Shown: positions 56,948 to 64,000 of the stretch, piece by piece
Layout: each line of letters opens with the position of its first letter
Numbering within the stretch: the stretch's first letter is position 1
From: Eledone cirrhosa
Lineage: Eukaryota
Direction of reading: 5' to 3'
Length of the DNA: 64,000 bases
NCBI GenBank assembly: GCA_964016885.1
Contig: OZ024742.1
Location: forward strand, 31,062,001-31,126,000
The notes under the pieces: model-generated
What the model saw: only the letters and a program-made list of their open reading frames with translations
Database searches by the model: none
What the model was told of the DNA's origin: nothing
Translations under genes and position numbers: made by a program

Positions 56948-59900
56948 CAGTTGCATTTATCTTGCTTTATGTTCATACGAGTTATCACCAAGTCACAACC
57001 AGTGACCTCAAGAGACAACAAGGTCCGCCATGTTCAAGAAAGAACATACATATTCACACATGCATCTTTAGTGTTTAGACTTGTGATGTACTTATATTGA
57101 CAGAATCTTCCTTAGTATATGGGCAGTTCCCATTAGTACTATCTTTTGTATTTCTCTTATACGCGGGTTTCCTGGGATTTGCGATAAGTAGTCATTAGAC
57201 CCCTTAGGTATCATTCCCAGAGCGCCTACAACCACTGGTATTGTTTTAGTTCTCAATTTCCACATTTTTCCAATTTCTATCTCCAGGTCCTTATACTTGC
57301 TCAATTATTCAAATGTTTTTATAGATACATTCTTGTCTATTGGAACAGACATATCAATTAGCAGGCATACCCTCTTTTGAAAGTCCTTCAATATTATATC
57401 AGGTCTATTTGCATCTATTTTTCGGTCTGTTTGGATGCTAAAGTTCCACAAGATTGAGATGTGATCTTTTTCAAGTATGGGAGGTGGTTGATGCTCCCAC
57501 CAATTCTTTTGATGGGGCAGGTCAAAATGCTTACACATTATCCAATGTATGTATTGTGCAGCTCTGTCATGCCTGTTTAGGTATTCGGTTGGAGCTATAG
57601 GACTGCACATTGAAATTATAGGGTCAATGGTCTCTGGTTGTTTTTTGCATACACGGCATAATGGGCTGCACCCATTTTTTATTATGTTGGCTTGGTAATT
57701 TTTTGTTGGCAGACACTGATCTTGTGCCGATATAATCAGTCCTTCAGTCTCCGATTTCAGTCCAGAGGATGCCAACCACTGATGGGTTAAAGTTTTGTCA
57801 ACATCAGGATTGTTAGCTCGCTCTGGGTATTTTCCATACAGAGGCTTTTCTTGCCATTTCTTAGCCAGTTTCTGTAGCAGTTCTTTCTTTGCAGTTACTT
57901 TTACCTGCTTTGCTTTTTCTGTGTTTTCCATTTCAGCAGTAAATGGGACTTCTGAAATTTGTAGTCCATTACTGTATCTTTGTGCATCTTTTGTATTGGA
58001 ATATGATCTTTTGATGCTTTCGTGTTTCAAAACGAGTTTGATCATCCAATCATGTGATTCCCTTAGATATGTAGATAATCCAATTGTTGCAGTTTTCAAC
58101 GCAATGTCTAACTGGATTAACCCACGCCCTCCTTCTTTCCTAGGGAGATATATTCTATCTATATCTGCCTTAGGGTGATGCATTCTGTGCATGGTTAAGA
58201 ATTTTCGAATTTTTGTATCGAGCCTACGGATCTCTGTTCTTGACCAGTTGATGACATTGTAACTGTAGGTTACTACTGGTATGGCAAGCGTGTTTATGGC
58301 ATCGATCCTATTCCTTGCATTCAATTCCGTTCTTAAGATTGCTCTTACTCTGCGGTAACATTCCTTCCTTATCCTTTCCCTCATTGTCGAGTGCTTGATT
58401 CCGTCTCCTTCACAAACACCTAGATATTTGTAAGTTTTTTCTTGATCAAGTTCTCTTATCACGTTCCCCCGATCAAGATTAATGTCTGAACTCTTCAGCA
58501 GCTTTCCTCTGGTGAACGTTGCTTTGGCGCATTTATCTAGTCCAAACTCCATTTTAATGTCATCACTGAACTGCTTCACAGTGGATAATAGCCTTTGCAA
58601 TTGTTCATCATTTTTTGCAAATAGTTTCAGGTCATCCATGTAGAACAGGTGATTAATGGTTTTGTCATAGACTTTATATCCATGTTTTGTTTCATTGAGC
58701 ATTTTACTTAATGGTATAAGTGCGATGCAGAATAAAAGCGGTGATAAAGAGTCACTCTGAACAATTCCACAATTAATATTAACTTCTCCAGCTTCCAGTG
58801 ATTTTGTTTCACTATTCAAAAGGAGTGTCGTTTTCCATATCTTCATACTGAATGACAAAAACCTCCCGACAACGGGGGATATTTTGAAAATCTCTAAACA
58901 TTTTTCAATCCAACTGTGTGGCAAACTATCGAATGCTTTTTTATAATCTATCCAAGCAATCGATAGATTTTTGTGTATATTATGACAATCTTCCAGTATC
59001 ATTTTGTTAACCAGAAGCTGATCCTTACAGCCATATGAGCCTCGTTTACACCCTTTCTGCTCAATGGGAAATAGGTCATTTGTTATCAGGTGGTCATATG
59101 TGTATTCAGTTAGGACTGATGTTAAAATTTTATACATTGTGGTCAAGCAAGTTATCGGTCTGTAATTTTTGGGATTGTTTGTCTCATCATTCTTCGGAAG
59201 CAGGAATGTAATGCCGTTAACTAGCCATGATGGTATCTTTTCTGGCTCCTTAACTATTTCATTGTAAAGTTGGGCTAACAGCTCATGAGACTCTGTGAAG
59301 GCATTTATCCAAAAGTTTTGTATTTTGTCTTTTCCTGGGGATTTCCATTTGCTGGTTTTTCTTAGAGCCAAGCGCAACTGTTCAACTGTTATATTTTCCC
59401 ATGTTTGTTCCTCAAGGTGAGCTGTATCTTTCATTTGTCTGTCTATCCATGGGGCATGTATGTTATGAACTTTTTCTTCGGCCCAGATCTTTTCCCAGAA
59501 TTCTTGCACTTCCTCCTTGGGTGGTATTGATTTAGTAGTTATTGTTGACTTACCAATTTTTCTGTAGAAGTTTCTTTGGTTGTTTTTGAACATATTATTG
59601 TCCTTATAGAATCTAGATCGTTTTTCAAAGCGCCTTATACGAGCAGCTTTGGCCGACACTTTTTGCTTGATTATTTCTATCAGCATGTCTATGTCACATG
59701 TTGATTTTATACTGTACTTTTTTTTCAATTTTCTAAGTTTAGTTTGTTTAACATATTCACCTACTTTATAGTTTGTTAAAATTTCTATGTCAGATCGGAG
59801 AAGGTTTATTTGGCGATTGATGTTCTCTTGCCAAGTAGATTTCTTGTGGGAATTCCTTTGTTTTTTCATCTTCACTCCACATAAGTGAGTGGTGACTTTA

Positions 59901-60900
59901 GCCGATGCATAATAGAGATGATTTAAATCAGTAATGTTTAGTTTGTTTGTGATGATAATATTTTTGAGAATTATGTTAGTCTTGTGTATTATCTTTTGGT
60001 TCTGTTTGGAGTTCTGGATCTTAGGGAGGGTGTCTCGTTGCCCCATGTCAGATTCTTTCATTTTCATCCATTCGATCATAATTTCATCCTTCAAGTTGGC
60101 AAGTTCATTCTCATTCATTTCTTTATCATTTACGATCTCATTATTTTCATTTGGAGTTTCATCCTGAGCATGCACTCCCTCCTCTTTTTCGATCCTTTCT
60201 TTAATTTGTTCTGTTGCCAGTGATTCCGCCCCAACCCTGGGGTTCGAAGTGTTACAGTTTACCTCGTTTTCACTGACACATGTTTCATTTTCCCTTCGCT
60301 GACTTTGTGCTAATAGCTTGATCTGATCAATTTCTATATCAGTTAGTAACTTTTTTCTTGCAATATTTCTTCGTATATTGGCTAGTTTGTTACTGACAAT
60401 ATAGCCTCTGTTTTCGGGATGTTTCTTTTTCCAGTTGATATATGTCTGTTCTGTGTTCGATGTATTTGATGGGTAGTACATGGCAGTGTAGAAAGCCTCA
60501 AGGACTTCTTTATTATCTTCCCTTGACCATTTTTCTCTCTTTTTCTTTGGATTTCTTGATGGTGAGCCAACAGTAGGAGTATTCCGGTTATGGGAGGTCT
60601 CCAGCTCCGAAGTGATGGGAAGGTTTGAACCATTAGCTGATTTTTCGACCCCAGTCTGGTTCCTCTCTGAGGGACGCGGCCCTTTTTTACCCGGGTGACG
60701 GCCGATCCGGTATGAGATTTTATCATTAGACATTTACTTTATTTTGTCGCGTTTTATCCTTATCAGCCAAAGGGGTAATCATTTCGCGTTACCACTTCTA
60801 GAACGAGTGTCAACCAAGAATAGAGGGGTCGTTCTCCCCTAGAGACACGGCTATTCCCCGCCGGCCGCCATCCCGGTATTTCTTGGTCACGGGGTTTTCT
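56948..60900 (-). mobile_element. Full-length Dong/R4-clade non-LTR retrotransposon (RT plus restriction-like endonuclease)
   Basis: A single long ORF with short UTRs. The 3' end runs into (TAA)n at 56909-56947, the known Dong target. Confidence 0.88.
57092..60733 (-). pseudogene. Dong/R4 ORF (RT, CCHC-type knuckle, RLE) broken by one nonsense codon at 57305-57307
   Basis: KSPGKD, NYRPITCL, EQKG, WIDYKKAFDS, QSDSLSPLLF, YMDDLKL, YKYLG, HPKA, GGRGL, CRVC..ETIDPIISMC, RHD, RPDII..LID, KTFE*LSKYKDL, PVVVGALG. ORF 57092-57304 continues in the same frame. Confidence 0.92.
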
Positions 60901-61815
60901 TTTTATTGTTTTTTTAAATTGTTATTATCATGAGTGGTTCCTTAATGTGAGCATTCCGTGGCTTAAGAATGAAATTATTAATAATTGTCTCCACTCCAGG
61001 CACAAGGCCAGCAATCACCCAGTGCATTACAATAATATAATATACTTTTTGTTGTAGTTGGCTGTTATTGTTGTTGGCTATGTCGGTGGTGGTGCCGGGG
61101 CTTTTTATATTGTTGGTGAGGAAGGGGTGAGCCAGCAGTCCCATAGTTGTTGATGTTGACGTTTGGCCGGTGGCCAGGTCACTAAGTCAATCTATTTATA
61201 TCTTTTGCTAGCCTCTCCCTTGTTTAGTGATACCGCCACCTTCCCCTTTCTCTCTCAAGTTAACAGGGGAATAGTGGTGGTAGCATTGAAGGAGTGGTGG
61301 CGGCGACGATGGGATAGTGGTAGCAATGATGGATGGGGTGGGGTGGTGGCAGCGGTGGCGTTGTGGTTACTGATATGTAGTATCTATGAGTTTGTGTTCG
61401 TATGTTTAATATATATTTTTATTATATTTTGTGTTGACATATTCCCGTAAAATTGGAATTAAACATTTTTTTAAAATTTGAGACAATAATAATAGTAATT
61501 ATTATTATGATGCTGGTGAAATTGCCGTTATCTGGCTGTTATATTTAGTGTGATGGGATAGGTGGTGTATCAAGTTTCTGGTGTTGGTGAAATTGCTGTT
61601 ATTTGGCTGTTCTATATAGTGTAGACAGAGGGTGTTTTTTTCCCATTTATAACCATTTTCTTTTTTTGAATACAAAATATATAATACAAAATTGAATATT
61701 TGAGCGATACAACAATATAATATGGACCCGAAACTTTATGGGACCTGATTCGGTGGTTCATGCAACATTTGTACTAAGAATTGTTATTTCACAATTGATT
61801 TAAATATGTTAACAA

Positions 61816-61940
<125 letters not shown>

Positions 61941-62140
61941 GGTTTGGCAGTATCGGTAGAGCGTCAGACACCATGCTTTGCAGCATAGAGTTACGGTCCT
62001 TTACGTCCTGAGGTTAAATTCCGCCAAGGTTAGCTTTGCCTTTCATTCTTACGGGGTCGATAAAATAAAGTACCAGTTATGCACTGGGGTCGATTTAATC
62101 GACTTTTCCCACCCCTTGTGCTTAAAGCAGAAACAATTAA
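61941..62140 (+). mobile_element. SINE family A
   Basis: TTGGCAGTATCGGTAGAGCGTCAGAC..GGTTAAATTCC..GGGGTCGATAAAATAAAGTACCAGT. Confidence 0.75.
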
Positions 62141-63008
62141 ATCGACCCCTGTACATGATTGGTACTTTATTTACCGAGCCTCATAAGAATGAAGGGCGAA
62201 ACAAAGTGTATGAAGTAACCATGAGAATGATTTTTGTAATTCACTTATTTTAAGGCAGCCAGGAATTGTTTGCAGTCTTGGATATCATTTCTAATGCCCC
62301 AATCAGGTAATCTAATTGTGTCGAGATGCCCCATTCTACTAGTTTCTATTTCACGGCCCTTGAATTTACTGAGTTACCCAACTATTGTTATATTTAGGGA
62401 GGGCCATGTTCTCCTAATATTGCCAAAAAATAGAAAAACAATCACTGTTTGGTTTGGTTTTCGTTTCAGTTTCAGTATATGTTTTTTTAGTATATATTTT
62501 TTCTATTTCCATGAATAATTTAGTTGGCAATCAATATTTATCATTGATTGACCAACAGTTAAAAATATTGATAAATATAATTTCTTAAAGTTCTTTCGTC
62601 ACATATTTTTGTGACATCCTCAGTGAATATCGTTGTTTTCCTCCCGTTGTGTTTCTATAATGTTTTTAGAGAAACGTTTTCGTCAGCTGGCGCTGCGATA
62701 TCCACAAGAAGACAAGTATTATTTCAACAAAATCTTTAACGATGATTGCATTTCTCGTGGGAGGATAAGTTCCGCCAGTTTTAAAAACAGAATTCCCAAA
62801 AAACGTCGTTTGTCACTACAGCGTTCTCTTTGAGGCAACCATGAGTTACGGGTCCATACAAGAGTGAGCTGACTTTGTTGTTGCTGTTGCATGTATGGGA
62901 AACACTTCCCACGTGAGATTGAAATACAATACCTTTGTTTGTTTACTCCGATTACTTCATATGTCAACTTCCTCGCCATTACTAAATTCTCATGTCATAT
63001 AGAAGGAA

Positions 63009-63925
<917 letters not shown>

Positions 63926-64000
63926 ATCTGTACGTGTTTGTATGTGTAAGTATGATATATATCTATAGAACAACTGTAATAAGAAACTTGAAAAATATCC

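Noticed and set aside
57795-60726. Antisense and alternate-frame ORFs overlapping the Dong ORF
   Set aside because: They are shadow ORFs with no recognisable motifs.

Overview
AT-rich eukaryotic (invertebrate) repeat-dominated DNA with no recognisable host gene. The dense (TA)n/(CA)n microsatellites and the SINE families resemble octopus/coleoid cephalopod DNA; this is an inference from recalled repeat sequences. Bases 1-21045 are a 63-bp satellite with about 330 monomers, a hairpin in each monomer and higher-order duplications. The rest is a retroelement graveyard. It holds a near-complete Naiad-type Penelope-like element (PLE) with two pLTRs, each carrying a hammerhead ribozyme with an unusually long (~105 nt) stem II. 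It also holds a 3-kb palindrome made of two head-to-head PLE 3' ends, several more PLE relics with hammerhead-core motifs, three RTE-like LINE fragments (one with a PHD finger inside the RT C-terminal region), a full-length Dong/R4 element on a (TAA)n target with a pseudoknot-forming 5' UTR, a non-autonomous Helitron, mariner and piggyBac MITEs, tRNA-derived SINEs and several minisatellites. Most ORF-track entries are microsatellite artefacts. All alignments and folds were done by eye.
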